NCBI GenBank assembly: GCA_964385875.1
Contig: CAYLRL010000001.1
Coordinates: 112,131 to 176,130, forward strand
Direction of reading: 5' to 3'
Length of the DNA stretch: 64,000 nt
Source: an uncultured Syntrophales bacterium
GTDB taxonomy: Bacteria > Desulfobacterota > Desulfomonilia > Desulfomonilales > Desulfomonilaceae
Within the stretch, counting starts at the first letter, position 1. Every line of letters starts with the position of its first letter. Both the position numbers and the translations under genes were made by a program. This document shows positions 27,940 through 37,967 of the stretch, piece by piece. Below the pieces are notes generated by a model. That model saw only the letters and a list, made by a program, of their open reading frames with translations, was not told where the DNA came from and searched no databases.

Positions 27940-30477
27940 ATGACTGACGAAAGCAAGAAACGAACCGACTTCTCAACCGAATACGTGGCCTCGGACACAC
28001 CGCAGATCAACTTCGAGGACATTCCCGATCGAATGCCGCTTCTGCCGGTGCGTGACGTGGTTATCTACTCGTATATGATTCTCCCCTTGATGGTCGGCAG
28101 GGAGAAGTCGATCAAAGCGGTCGAGAAGGCCATGGAAGGCGACCGCCTCATATTCCTGGCGACCCAAAAGGAGTCGAGCGAGGAAGATCCCGGTCCCGAC
28201 GGGATTTACAACATGGGAACCGTGGCGCTCATCGTGAAGATGCTCAAGCTCCCCGACGGACGCGTGAAGATTCTCGTGCAGGGGTTGGCCAAAGCGGGGA
28301 TCGTGGCGTACGAGTCGCTCTCGCCCTCATTCGATGTTCAGATAGCGAAGATTCCTGAGTCTTCGATCCCGGTGACGATCGAGATCGAAGCGCTCATGCG
28401 GTCGGTCAAGGAGAATTCCGAGAAGATACTCCAGCTGCGGGGCATCATTTCGCCGGACGCGGTGGCGATCCTCGATTCCATCGAAGACCCGGGACGGCTC
28501 GCGGATTTGGTGGCGTCGAATCTCAAGCTGAGGGTCGAAGAATCCCAGGCGATCCTCGAGGTGCTCGATCCGGTCGAGCGGCTCAAGCAGGTCAATGAAC
28601 TGCTCTCGAAGGAGCTGGAGCTTTCGGCCATGCAGGCCAAAATCCAGACCCAGGCCAAGGAAGAGATGGGGAAGACCCATCGCGAGTATTTCCTGCGTGA
28701 GCAACTCAAGGCCATCCAGACCGAACTGGGTGAAATCGACGAGAAGACCAAGGAAATCGACGAGTTTAAGGAGAAGATCGCCAAGGCCAAGATGCCGGAA
28801 GAGGTCGAGAAGGAAGCGGAAAAGCAACTCAACCGACTCGGCCAGATGCACCCCGACGCGGCCGAAGCGACGATTATCCGCACCTATCTGGACTGGATGG
28901 TCGAACTTCCCTGGTCCAAGTCCACCCGCGACAAGCTCGACATGAAGCGGGCCAAGCGTATCCTCGACGAGGATCACTACGATCTGGAACGGGTCAAGGA
29001 CCGCATTCTCGAATACTTGGGCGTCCGGAAGCTCAACCGGAAGATGAAGGGCCCCATCCTGTGTTTCGTGGGTCCTCCGGGCGTGGGCAAGACCTCGCTC
29101 GGCAAGTCGATCGCGAGGGCGCTCGGCCGGAAGTTCACCAGGATTTCGCTCGGCGGCGTCCGGGATGAAGCCGAAATTCGGGGTCATCGTCGGACCTACA
29201 TCGGCGCGCTTCCCGGCCGGATTATTCAGGGTCTGAAGACCGCGGGATCGAACAACCCGGTCTTCATGCTCGACGAGATCGACAAGGTGGGCGCGGATTT
29301 CAGAGGCGATCCCTCCGCGGCGCTGCTCGAAGTGCTCGACCCGGAGCAGAACCACGCGTTTTCCGATCACTACCTGAATGTGGATTTCGACCTGTCCAAG
29401 GTGATGTTCATCGCGACCGCGAACGTCTCCGACACGATCATCCCGGCGCTGAGAGACCGCATGGAGATCATCGAACTCTCCGGGTATGTGGATGAAGAGA
29501 AGCTCAAGATCGCGCGACAGTTCCTGATTCCGCGACAGATCAAGGAAAACGGCATCAAGAAGGATGATTTCAACATCTCGGACGACGCGCTCCTCAATCT
29601 CATCAACCAGTACACCCGAGAGGCCGGTCTGCGGAACCTGGAACGGGAAATCGCCAACCTGTGCCGGAAGATCGCTCGGAAGATCGCCGAAAGCCAGAAG
29701 CGGATTCCGCGTATCACCGCCAAGAATCTCAACAAGTTTCTCGGCGTGCCTAAATACCTGCCGGAAACCGAGCGACGAGACGATGAAGTCGGCGTCGCTA
29801 CGGGATTGGCCTGGACGCCCTACGGCGGCGATATCCTGCACATCGAAGCCACACCCATGGAAGGGAAGGGCAACCTCCTTCTCACGGGCCAACTCGGCGA
29901 CGTGATGAAGGAGTCGGGCCAGGCCGCGTTGACCTACTTCCGCTTCAGGGCCGCGTCCTTTGACACGGATGAAAAGTTTTACAATTCAAAGGATATCCAT
30001 GTTCACGTCCCCGCCGGGGCCATTCCCAAGGACGGCCCGTCGGCCGGCGTCACCATGGCCACCGCGGTCATCAGCGCGCTCACCGGCATACCTGTCCGCG
30101 CCGATGTGGCCATGACCGGCGAGATCACCCTGAGAGGCGCCGTCCTCCCGGTAGGGGGCCTGCGCGAGAAGTCCCTGGCAGCGCTTCGGGCCAAGATTCA
30201 TACGGTCATCGTCCCGGAGAAGAACGCCAAGGACCTCGATGAGATCCCGAAGCACATCCGTCGCAAGATCGACTTCAAGCTGGTCGATCATATGGACGAC
30301 GTGCTCAAGGTCGCACTGGCGCATGATCCGGAGAAGTCGAGCGACAAAGGGACGTCGACCGAAACCGAAAAAGAAAGAAGCAAGAAGGCGGCTTCGTCCA
30401 AGGCAGGCGAGTCTCGACGCGGCGGCGGGTCACGCAAGAAACCGGACCGACCGAGCGCGGGAGTCACCACCTCCTAA
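27940..30477 (+). CDS. lon: ATP-dependent Lon protease (LonA)
   Basis: It has the LON N-domain, a Walker A (GPPGVGKTS), a Walker B (VFMLDEIDK) and the protease motif [14 protein letters not shown] with the catalytic Ser. A K/S/E-rich C-terminal tail follows. Confidence 0.95.
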   Translation: MTDESKKRTDFSTEYVASDTPQINFEDIPDRMPLLPVRDVVIYSYMILPLMVGREKSIKAVEKAMEGDRLIFLATQKESSEEDPGPDGIYNMGTVALIVKMLKLPDGRVKILVQGLAKAGIVAYESLSPSFDVQIAKIPESSIPVTIEIEALMRSVKENSEKILQLRGIISPDAVAILDSIEDPGRLADLVASNLKLRVEESQAILEVLDPVERLKQVNELLSKELELSAMQAKIQTQAKEEMGKTHREYFLREQLKAIQTELGEIDEKTKEIDEFKEKIAKAKMPEEVEKEAEKQLNRLGQMHPDAAEATIIRTYLDWMVELPWSKSTRDKLDMKRAKRILDEDHYDLERVKDRILEYLGVRKLNRKMKGPILCFVGPPGVGKTSLGKSIARALGRKFTRISLGGVRDEAEIRGHRRTYIGALPGRIIQGLKTAGSNNPVFMLDEIDKVGADFRGDPSAALLEVLDPEQNHAFSDHYLNVDFDLSKVMFIATANVSDTIIPALRDRMEIIELSGYVDEEKLKIARQFLIPRQIKENGIKKDDFNISDDALLNLINQYTREAGLRNLEREIANLCRKIARKIAESQKRIPRITAKNLNKFLGVPKYLPETERRDDEVGVATGLAWTPYGGDILHIEATPMEGKGNLLLTGQLGDVMKESGQAALTYFRFRAASFDTDEKFYNSKDIHVHVPAGAIPKDGPSAGVTMATAVISALTGIPVRADVAMTGEITLRGAVLPVGGLREKSLAALRAKIHTVIVPEKNAKDLDEIPKHIRRKIDFKLVDHMDDVLKVALAHDPEKSSDKGTSTETEKERSKKAASSKAGESRRGGGSRKKPDRPSAGVTTS

Positions 30478-30491
30478 TATCGGGAGCTTGA

Positions 30492-31457
30492 ATGGAAATA
30501 GCGCTTACCGCCCTCTATGTGCTCCTCATCGCTGCGGGAATCGGCTGGATCGTGTACAGGCTTTTCTCAGTGATGAAACAACAGGAGGAACGCGAGGCCC
30601 GGTGGGACCACTACGACAACGACGAGGCCTTCGCCCGATTCATGGAAGGGTTGGGCCGGGAGACCGGTGAACGAACCGCGTCTCCCGCGTCCACGGGCAT
30701 TGCGGGAACAGGGGGGCCTGAGCCCCCCAATCCCGTGCCCCGCGCTCACGATGAAATCCGGGCGCCGATTCGGCCGGAAAAACCCACGCCGGAGAAGCCC
30801 GCGCCTCGACGAGGGGCCCTCCCGTCCCCTTCGGCCGACGCCCCGCCTGAGACGGCGGCGCAAGAACGCCCTCCAAGAAAAGCGGCTGCCGCGCCGAAGT
30901 CCCGTCCGCCTGAACGACCGGCGGCGCAGTCGGCCAAGCCGGTGGCACGCCCCGCCGCTGAAACTCCACAACCGAAAAAGCCGAAAGGGAGCGCCCCTCA
31001 ATCCCAACGGAAACAGGCGCCCGCGCAGCCGCCGAAGAAGAGAAGCCCCGAATCTCAGCCGGAGCGGAAACCTTCGGCTCGACCCACGGGAAAGGCTCGA
31101 TCGCCCCAACCTGAACAAAAGGCGCCCCGAAAAGCGCCCTCGCAGCCGGCGGAGCGACCTCCTCAACGAAGACCCGTTCAGCAACCGCCGCAGAAGCCCG
31201 CACAACAGTCCCCGCAGAAGTCCTCCGGGCAACCCGAGCGGAAGCCTGCGGCTCAACCCGTGCGAAAACCCGCCCAACCCGCGCCGCAACACAAGAGACC
31301 GGCGTCCCCCAAGCCTGCAGCCCCGGAATCCGCCCCGAGGAAGCCCACTCCCGCTCGGGGGAAGCCCGAGGACGAACAGGCCCCGCGCAAAAAGCTCGTC
31401 CCTCTGAAAGAGCAACAAGAGCCCCCGCCCAAGCCCCGCCCCGAGGAAGACGACTAG
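30492..31457 (+). CDS. Membrane-anchored P/A/K/Q/R-rich low-complexity protein (321 aa)
   Basis: It starts 14 nt after the lon stop. One N-terminal TM segment (IALTALYVLLIAAGIGWIVYRLF) is followed by ~250 aa of PxxP/KP-rich sequence. Alternative-frame ORFs on both strands are composition artefacts. Confidence 0.6.
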   Translation: MEIALTALYVLLIAAGIGWIVYRLFSVMKQQEEREARWDHYDNDEAFARFMEGLGRETGERTASPASTGIAGTGGPEPPNPVPRAHDEIRAPIRPEKPTPEKPAPRRGALPSPSADAPPETAAQERPPRKAAAAPKSRPPERPAAQSAKPVARPAAETPQPKKPKGSAPQSQRKQAPAQPPKKRSPESQPERKPSARPTGKARSPQPEQKAPRKAPSQPAERPPQRRPVQQPPQKPAQQSPQKSSGQPERKPAAQPVRKPAQPAPQHKRPASPKPAAPESAPRKPTPARGKPEDEQAPRKKLVPLKEQQEPPPKPRPEEDD

Positions 31458-31561
31458 CTGCCCTTGTGACCGGCTCGCCCACGGGTTTGCGCATCGTCGG
31501 GGCACGGATGATCCGTCACGTCCCGTAACAGTGACAACCGTGACGTGCGCTCATCATACAA

Positions 31562-31581
31562 GGGGGAGACTCATCTCCCCC
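31562..31581 (+). other. Perfect 8-bp hairpin GGGGGAGA-CTCA-TCTCCCCC (possible terminator or RNA element; no T-tract)
   Basis: Read directly from the sequence. It lies 105 nt downstream of the P-rich gene stop. Confidence 0.3.
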
Positions 31582-32131
31582 TCCAAGCCTCCCCCATCGA
31601 GATATCAATGGCTTGTCGCTATCCCGGTGAACGGTTACCGTAAGTGATAGCGGCGTCTTGGCGGAGTCGTCCAAAAATCTTCAGCGGATTTTCAGGGGGA
31701 CTGCGTACGGGTGGCGGCGGTAGAGGGACGTCGTTGCGTCGGGTGTTCAGGATGGTGAATAAGCGAGGTGGCTGTCGACCGGGAAGATTGCGCGGCGCTT
31801 CGGCCGAGTCACGACAGCCGCCGGGGGGCGATTCAGGCTCGTTTCTGCGGAACGAAAAGTCGAGTTCGCAGTCTTCCGACGCCGGCCCATGATGAGCTCC
31901 GGGGGGCGGACTCGATGCTATTTCGGCGGGTTTTCTCAGTATGCGGTTCGTCTGAAGGCAGCGGGCCGGACACAGCAGTCGATCGTTCGGCCGGTCGAAC
32001 GGAATTGCGGGTTTTCCTTGACTACCGGTGGTTCTTGCCTGTAGTTTAGCCGGTAATCACGGTTGGCAAAGGACCGGGGTTAACCAACCTTGGGGACTCG
32101 ACTCACCACCCACAAAAAAAAGGAGGTTGAG

Positions 32132-33214
32132 GTGAAGGTACAACGATTTGCGCTCATCGTCGCGGTCTGCCTTATCACTGCGGGCTTGCTCGCGGGCCCT
32201 GCGCTGGGCAAGGCGCCGTCCCTGGAGAAGTGGAAGCCGGCCTTCGATCCTTCAGGAGCGAAGTACACGTGCATCGTATCCAACGTCTCACACCCGGTCC
32301 TCAAGGGAGTTTACGCCGGATTTGCCATCCGGGACGAACTCTGGAAGCGGACCGACGGCAAGATTTTCATCGACTTCAAACCCTTCTCGATGCTCGGCGG
32401 AGAGGTGGAAGTCCTCAACCAGCTTCAGATGGGCGCGATCCAGGGTATGGGGGTCAGCTCGGTTGCGGCGACCAACCTGGGTCCCCGATTCGGACTTATC
32501 AATCTTCCCTTTCTCGTCAATTCTTTTGAGAAGCTGGACAAGTTCGTGAACAGCGGCAAGCTGTTCGATCATTTCATGATGGCCATGGACCATCAGGGGA
32601 TCATGGGTCTGGACATCACCGGGTACGGCAACTACGGCTGGGCCACGACTACGCCGGTAAAGACCCTGGCGGATGCGAAGAAGGTGAAATTTCGGACCGC
32701 CGAAGCCGCTGTCAACCAGATGCTCTATCAGCAGTGGGGTCTGAACGCGGTCGTGATGCCGTGGCCGGATGTTCCCGTAGCGCTGAAGCAGGGGGTGATC
32801 ACCGGCTTGGATCACACGCCGGCGGTATGCAACATCACGAAGAAATTCGAGGTGTGCAAGTACTACACGTTCATCAATTACGCTCAGGGTCTGTTCATCT
32901 GGATCTTCAACAAGTCCTGGTTCGAGGCGCTGCCCGAGGATCTGCAAAAGACCTTCACCGAAGTGGTGCACGAGGTCTGCGCCAAGGTCCGTAAGGAGAC
33001 GGTGCTGCAGGAGGCCAACCAGATCGAGGACGCCAAGAGCAAGGGCATCGAATTCTTCACGCTCCCGGAAAAGGACATGGCGACCCTGAAGAAACAGGGC
33101 GACGCGGTCCACAAGAAGTACGCTCCTGAAATCAACAAGTTGTATCCCGGTGATACGTACAAGCCCGGGAATTACCTGGAAGAAGTCCAGGGGTACATGG
33201 GCTACAAGCCGTAA
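32132..33214 (+). CDS. dctP: TRAP transporter substrate-binding protein DctP
   Basis: GTG 32132 lies 7 nt after AGGAGG. The signal peptide reads VKVQRFALIVAVCLITAGLLAGPALG. The body is DctP-like (LGGEVEVLNQLQMGAIQG, INLPFLV) and is followed by dctQ and dctM. Confidence 0.85.
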   Translation: MKVQRFALIVAVCLITAGLLAGPALGKAPSLEKWKPAFDPSGAKYTCIVSNVSHPVLKGVYAGFAIRDELWKRTDGKIFIDFKPFSMLGGEVEVLNQLQMGAIQGMGVSSVAATNLGPRFGLINLPFLVNSFEKLDKFVNSGKLFDHFMMAMDHQGIMGLDITGYGNYGWATTTPVKTLADAKKVKFRTAEAAVNQMLYQQWGLNAVVMPWPDVPVALKQGVITGLDHTPAVCNITKKFEVCKYYTFINYAQGLFIWIFNKSWFEALPEDLQKTFTEVVHEVCAKVRKETVLQEANQIEDAKSKGIEFFTLPEKDMATLKKQGDAVHKKYAPEINKLYPGDTYKPGNYLEEVQGYMGYKP

Positions 33215-33231
33215 GCCGGAACAAACGACCG

Positions 33232-33265
33232 GGGGGTTTTCACAGCCCCCCTTTTGTTCTTTTTG
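33232..33265 (+). terminator. Intercistronic hairpin + T-tract between dctP and dctQ (partial terminator or attenuator)
   Basis: GGGGGG-TTTTCACAG-CCCCCC followed by TTTTGTTCTTTTT. Confidence 0.55.
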
Positions 33266-33383
33266 ATGTCGACGGGATCAGGGGAACGCTCCTGTTCGTT
33301 TTTTCGCATGTGTGGAGCTACGTATCGATCGCGGCCGTGGAACGTCGTACGGTCGTCCGCAACAAAGCCGAAGGTGTCGACCC

Positions 33384-33890
33384 ATGTTCGGAAAAATCCT
33401 CAACGTAATCGATAAAGTTCTTACATTTTTCGAAGAATGGACCCTGTTCGTCTCGGTGATGGTTGCGCTTGGCGCGCTGTTCTGCAACGTGGTGTTGCGC
33501 TATGGGTTCAACTACACGCTGGCTTGGTCGGAAGAGCTGGTCCGCGAAGTGATCATCTACACCACGTTCATTGGCTGCGGCGCCGCTGTGAAGAACCGTT
33601 CGATGATCAAGATCGATGCGCTTGTGCAGCTGGTTCCGGTGTTTAAGGTCCCCTTGAGTTACTTCAGCAACTTGGCCACGATCGTTTTCGCGGGGGTGAT
33701 GATCTTTTACGGGTGGAAGATGGCGGCTTTACAGGTGACGACTCACCAGAAGACGATCATCATGCAGATCCCGTTGGTCTATCTCTATTCGATCCTTCCA
33801 GTCATGGGCGTCACCATGTTTCTTCGCACCATCCAGGTGATTTACGAGGACACCCACGAGTTGCTGGCCTCGCGGTCCGCGGAAACATGA
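33384..33890 (+). CDS. dctQ: TRAP transporter small permease DctQ
   Basis: ATG 33384 (MFGKILNVIDKVLTFFEEWTLFVSVMVALGALFCNVVLRY...WSEELVR). It has four TM segments and sits between dctP and dctM. Confidence 0.85.
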   Translation: MFGKILNVIDKVLTFFEEWTLFVSVMVALGALFCNVVLRYGFNYTLAWSEELVREVIIYTTFIGCGAAVKNRSMIKIDALVQLVPVFKVPLSYFSNLATIVFAGVMIFYGWKMAALQVTTHQKTIIMQIPLVYLYSILPVMGVTMFLRTIQVIYEDTHELLASRSAET

Positions 33891-33964
33891 CGGGAGCGAT
33901 TCGTTCCATGTCGCACGTGCCGAAGGAAGTCCCGGGACCGACGCCGAACTAGGAGACAGACCCT

Positions 33965-35260
33965 ATGGAATCAAGCCACGTAATCGTCCTATTGATTCTG
34001 TTAGGCTGCATGGCCGGCTACGTGCCGGTGTTCATGTGCCTTTTTTTCACCGCGGTTCTGGGTTTCGTCCTCTTTACCGATCTCCCCGTCCTGTTGCTCG
34101 CTCAGACGCTTTTCCGAAGCCTCGACAATTTTGCGCTCGTGGTGGTGCTCTTCTTCATCCTCTGCGGCAATATCATGACTACGGGCTCGATTGTCGAGAA
34201 ACTCATCAAGGTCGCCAATGCGCTGGTGAGCTGGCTTCCGGGCGGTCTCGGCATGGCCGGCGTGCTGGCGTGCGGTCTGTTCGGCGCCATTTCGGGATCG
34301 ACGGTGGCTACGGTGGTGGCGCTCGGGGGCTTCATGATCCCTGCGCTGATCGAGAACGGCTATCCGAAAAAATACACCCTCGGCTTGATGACCACGTCAC
34401 CGAATCTGGGGGTCATTATCCCGCCGAGCATCGGGATGATCCTCTATTCCATGATCAGCAACGTTTCCCTGGAGGGCCTCTTCCTGACGGGCTTCGTCCC
34501 GGGGGCGCTGATCATGCTTCTGACCTGCGGGTACAGCTTCTTCTACTTCCACAACAAGAAGGAAATCACGCGGTTGCCGGTTCCCACGGTTCGTGAAGTG
34601 TTCTCGGTATTGCGAGAAGGATTTTGGTCGCTCATGCTGCCGGTTATCATCTTCGGCGGCATTTTCTCGGGGGCGTTTACTGCGAACGAGGCCGCTGTGG
34701 TGGCGTGTGTGTACGCGTTCATCGTGGAGATCTTCATCCACCGGTCGATGAAGCTCAACCAGGTCAAGCAGGTTACCGTGTCGTCCGCGGTTACCTCCGC
34801 GACGCTGCTCATAATCGTGGCGGGAGCGACCTGCTTCGGTCGATTGCTGACCCTGGAAAACATCCCGGGTCAAATCACGGAGGCGGTCCTTTCGGCGATT
34901 CAGTCTCCTATGGCGTTCCTGTTTGCCATGAACATCCTTCTGCTCATCGTAGGCATGTTCATGGATATCATCTCTGCGACGATGATCCTGGGGCCGGTCT
35001 TTTTGCCGATGCTCGGAGCGTTCGGGGTGGATCCGATGCACTTCGGCCTGATCATGACCGTGAACCTGGCGATCGGCTATTGCACGCCTCCGATGGGCGT
35101 CAGCCTGTACATCACCGGCGCGATTTCCAATTCGAGCCTCATTTACGTGTCCAAAGCGGTGCTGCCGTTCATCATTATTCAGATGAGCGTGCTTGTGATC
35201 ATTACCTATATGCCGGATCTGGTGCTTTGGCTGCCGCGGGCCATGGGCTTCCTTCAGTAG
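33965..35260 (+). CDS. dctM: TRAP transporter large permease DctM
   Basis: A 431-aa polytopic membrane protein with DctM-like motifs (GGLGMAGVLACGLFGAISGSTVATV, PPSIGMILY, CTPPMG). Confidence 0.9.
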   Translation: MESSHVIVLLILLGCMAGYVPVFMCLFFTAVLGFVLFTDLPVLLLAQTLFRSLDNFALVVVLFFILCGNIMTTGSIVEKLIKVANALVSWLPGGLGMAGVLACGLFGAISGSTVATVVALGGFMIPALIENGYPKKYTLGLMTTSPNLGVIIPPSIGMILYSMISNVSLEGLFLTGFVPGALIMLLTCGYSFFYFHNKKEITRLPVPTVREVFSVLREGFWSLMLPVIIFGGIFSGAFTANEAAVVACVYAFIVEIFIHRSMKLNQVKQVTVSSAVTSATLLIIVAGATCFGRLLTLENIPGQITEAVLSAIQSPMAFLFAMNILLLIVGMFMDIISATMILGPVFLPMLGAFGVDPMHFGLIMTVNLAIGYCTPPMGVSLYITGAISNSSLIYVSKAVLPFIIIQMSVLVIITYMPDLVLWLPRAMGFLQ

Positions 35261-35492
35261 GCCCGCTCGATTTCGGCTTAAGCGCGGCTGCGAGGGAGAA
35301 AGAAGCGGACCGCAGGGAGCCCGGCGAGGTTGAGTGTCCGAGCGGCGCCGGAATCGGTGTGGGTGCGGGTACGGCCGGGTAGGGTATTTCGCTCAGCGGC
35401 GCGCACGCCGACGGTCGCGATCGTTCGACGGCCCCGACGCCGACGGTCCGAAGTCCGTGAGTTACCGCGGAGAAGAATGGGTCGGGGAACGG

Positions 35493-36047
35493 CTAAACCC
35501 CTTTGGTGGTGATCTTCTCATCGTGCATGAGGCGTTCGCTGATCCCTCTCCCGACGGTGTAGGTTCGCTCGAACTCGGCCCAGAAGCGCTTATCCTTTTC
35601 TTTCCAGTCCGGCCCGAAGCGTTCGTCGAAGAATTCACCCAAACGCTCAAAGAGAAGTTTCCACGGCGGCTCACCCTCCTCGTACGCCTTGAAGAGCGAG
35701 GCCAAGAGTTCGTCGAGGTCGGGCAGGGTCTCCTTGGGAAGATAGGAGATAGCCCCTTTTCGGATGCATTGCAGCAGCGTTTCCGGATTGACGGCGTGGG
35801 CGGTGAGCATGACCGTGGGGAAATTCCGGGCGACGGATTCCTCGAGCAATTTCAATCCGTTTACCCCCATAATGTCGAGGATGACGAGATCATATCGATT
35901 GTCCTTTAATTTCTTCGACGCCGTTTCATAGGTCTTTGCCGTGTCGATCTTCGATTCGGAAAGAATTTCTTCGATCGACTCGAGCACGTCGGGTTCGTCG
36001 TCCACGGCAAGGATACGTTTTCCCGCCAAATATGATGTATTCGTCAT
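35493..36047 (-). CDS. Response regulator: receiver domain plus ~60-aa C-terminal extension, no recognisable output domain
   Basis: The receiver motifs are KRILAVDDEPDV, YDLVILDIMGVNG, VMLTAH and ISYLPKE. Confidence 0.8.
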   Translation of the reverse strand: MTNTSYLAGKRILAVDDEPDVLESIEEILSESKIDTAKTYETASKKLKDNRYDLVILDIMGVNGLKLLEESVARNFPTVMLTAHAVNPETLLQCIRKGAISYLPKETLPDLDELLASLFKAYEEGEPPWKLLFERLGEFFDERFGPDWKEKDKRFWAEFERTYTVGRGISERLMHDEKITTKGV

Positions 36048-36334
36048 AGTCCGCTACTCCGTAAAACATGATGCCGCGTTTCTTCTCGATTAGAACAGTT
36101 CCCGGTCTGATTGTCAAGCTCCGCAACCGACTTTGACGCGCCCGACATCCGGCTCCGAGCGGCCTTTCCGGTCCGGGCCGTGACAAGGAAACCTTCACGG
36201 CGGATTGGGCGGCGAACCGGCCTTAAGTCGGCGCGTTCCAAACCGGCGCTCTCGGTGAGTCGCGCCGCGGCTTGCTCTGCGCCAGGAAACAGAGTAACGT
36301 GGCGGATTGGAAACGCCTCATGCGGGAGGAATCT

Positions 36335-36565
36335 ATGGCCGACGAGAATAAACCCAAATGGACAATGGAACGTGTTCACGCAGAAATAGCCGAAGCGCGC
36401 ACGAAGCTCTTCGTGGTGGCCAAAGTGCTCGAGACGGGCGGGCTCACGTTTACCGACAACCAGGAATGGGCGCTGGTGGTGGACCCGCTTCTCAGGGATA
36501 TTCTCACCAACGCAGGCGCGATTCAGAGTCTGGTGCGGGAGGCGGAGGAGCAACCGGCGGAATGA
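36335..36565 (+). CDS. Small hypothetical protein (76 aa)
   Basis: ATG 36335 follows GGGAGGAA. The sequence is MADENKPKWTMERVHAEIAEARTKLFVVAKVLETGGLTFTDNQEW... No family recognised. Confidence 0.35.
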   Translation: MADENKPKWTMERVHAEIAEARTKLFVVAKVLETGGLTFTDNQEWALVVDPLLRDILTNAGAIQSLVREAEEQPAE

Positions 36566-36739
36566 CGCGATCCGTGGAAGCCGCCTCAAGCCCGGCGAAC
36601 CATAACGTGAAATCTTTCGAGCTCGGCTTGAGAACCGAACCGGCCGTTACCTCGTCGCGATCGCTCGGTAACGGCCGGAAAAAGTAATCGCCTTCGGCGG
36701 AAACGGGCCGAAGGGATATCGAGTCAATTCACGTGCAGG

Positions 36740-37777
36740 CTACTCGCTTCGCTTGCCCCACCGAAACTTGCGATCATCCGGCTCTTTGGACTTGACTTCG
36801 ACCCGCGCGCCCTGAGAAGAGGAACCGTCGGATTCTCTCGACTGAACACCAGGCTCGGAACCGACGATGGACGGCTTGCCCTCTTTGCCCCAACTGTAGG
36901 CGCGGCGGCTTTCCGGCTTGGATTCCTGCTCGGGCTCGTCTTTGGGCTTACCCCACGCGAAGGTCTCTCTGGAGGATGATTCCGCCGGCTTCCGCCGAGC
37001 CTGACGGTTCACTGGGCGCGGTGAACTCTCGGTGGGCGTCCGGGTTACGGCGGCGGGTCTTCGAATCGGAGGACGGGACGGCCGAACCGCCTGCCGAGGC
37101 TGAGGAGCGGGCGCCTGCACGGTCGCTTCTTCTTCCGCGTAATCCTCGTTCGGGTCCCAGTATATTTCGCTCTCGACCCGCTCGGTCTTCTCGCTGAAGA
37201 AGTCGTCATCCCAGTCGACGGTCACATTGCTCTGGGCGGCCGGTTGAGCGCTCGTCGTTTGAGGAGCGGGTCGGGCCGCCGCGGCCTGTTGAGCCTGCTG
37301 CGCCTGTTGGGCCTGCTGAGCCTGGAGAAGGCGCTGCTGCTGATAGTACTGGTTATAGTACTGATTCCAGTAGTCCTGCTGCGTGTACGCCTGCCCCGCC
37401 GCGCCGTACTGTTGTTGGCCGTAGCCCTCCTGTCCGTATTGGCCGTACTGCTGGGGATCGTACTGCTGGGGGGCGTACTGCTGCGCGCCGCCGTACCCCG
37501 GCTGAGCGTATTGTTCGTAGCCCTGTCCGCCGTACTGGCCGTATTGCTGCGGATCGTATTGCTGGGGGGCGGATTGTTGTCCGTAGCCGGGTTGAGCGTA
37601 TTGTCCGCCATAGCCTTGCTGACCGTACTGTCCGTACCCGTACTGTTGTTGTCCATATGCGCCGTACGCCTGACCCTGACCGGGATAGTAGCCGTCGTAG
37701 GCGCCCTGGGCGAAAACCCAGCCGGTCGCCCCGAGGCTGAATAGCATTATTGTCGTGACCGCAAGCAGTCGTCTCAT
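36740..37777 (-). CDS. Secreted Q/Y/G-rich low-complexity protein (345 aa) with a poly-(QAQ) tract and three C-terminal aromatic-x-WGK motifs
   Basis: The signal peptide is MRRLLAVTTIMLFSLGATGWVFAQ. About 130 aa of QQYGxGQY-type repeats follow, then QAQQAQQAQQAQQ. The tail carries FAWGKP, YSWGKE and FRWGKR. Confidence 0.65.
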   Translation of the reverse strand: MRRLLAVTTIMLFSLGATGWVFAQGAYDGYYPGQGQAYGAYGQQQYGYGQYGQQGYGGQYAQPGYGQQSAPQQYDPQQYGQYGGQGYEQYAQPGYGGAQQYAPQQYDPQQYGQYGQEGYGQQQYGAAGQAYTQQDYWNQYYNQYYQQQRLLQAQQAQQAQQAQQAAAARPAPQTTSAQPAAQSNVTVDWDDDFFSEKTERVESEIYWDPNEDYAEEEATVQAPAPQPRQAVRPSRPPIRRPAAVTRTPTESSPRPVNRQARRKPAESSSRETFAWGKPKDEPEQESKPESRRAYSWGKEGKPSIVGSEPGVQSRESDGSSSQGARVEVKSKEPDDRKFRWGKRSE

Positions 37778-37967
37778 ACCGTGACTCCTTTCGTCCGGTT
37801 CGGCGATGCGCCGGTCTCCGGACGGACTTTCAAGTTTAACAAGTCGCCCAAAGCGCAGGGAATTTGCTTTAAATTCTATTGAATTCCCTTTGAAAAATCA
37901 AGCCATTTTTTTTGAGACTCGCAGCCGCTCGTTGACTTGATTTCTCCTTCCGGATATCGTCCGACTC

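Noticed and set aside
28327-29892. 521-aa minus-strand ORF antisense to lon
   Set aside because: Lon is unambiguous on the plus strand, and long antisense ORFs are expected in high-GC DNA.
30567-31505. Three overlapping alternative ORFs (312, 284 and 246 aa) over the P-rich gene
   Set aside because: These are composition artefacts of a CCG/AAG/GCC-rich region. Only the 30492 frame has a TM anchor and tight spacing after lon.
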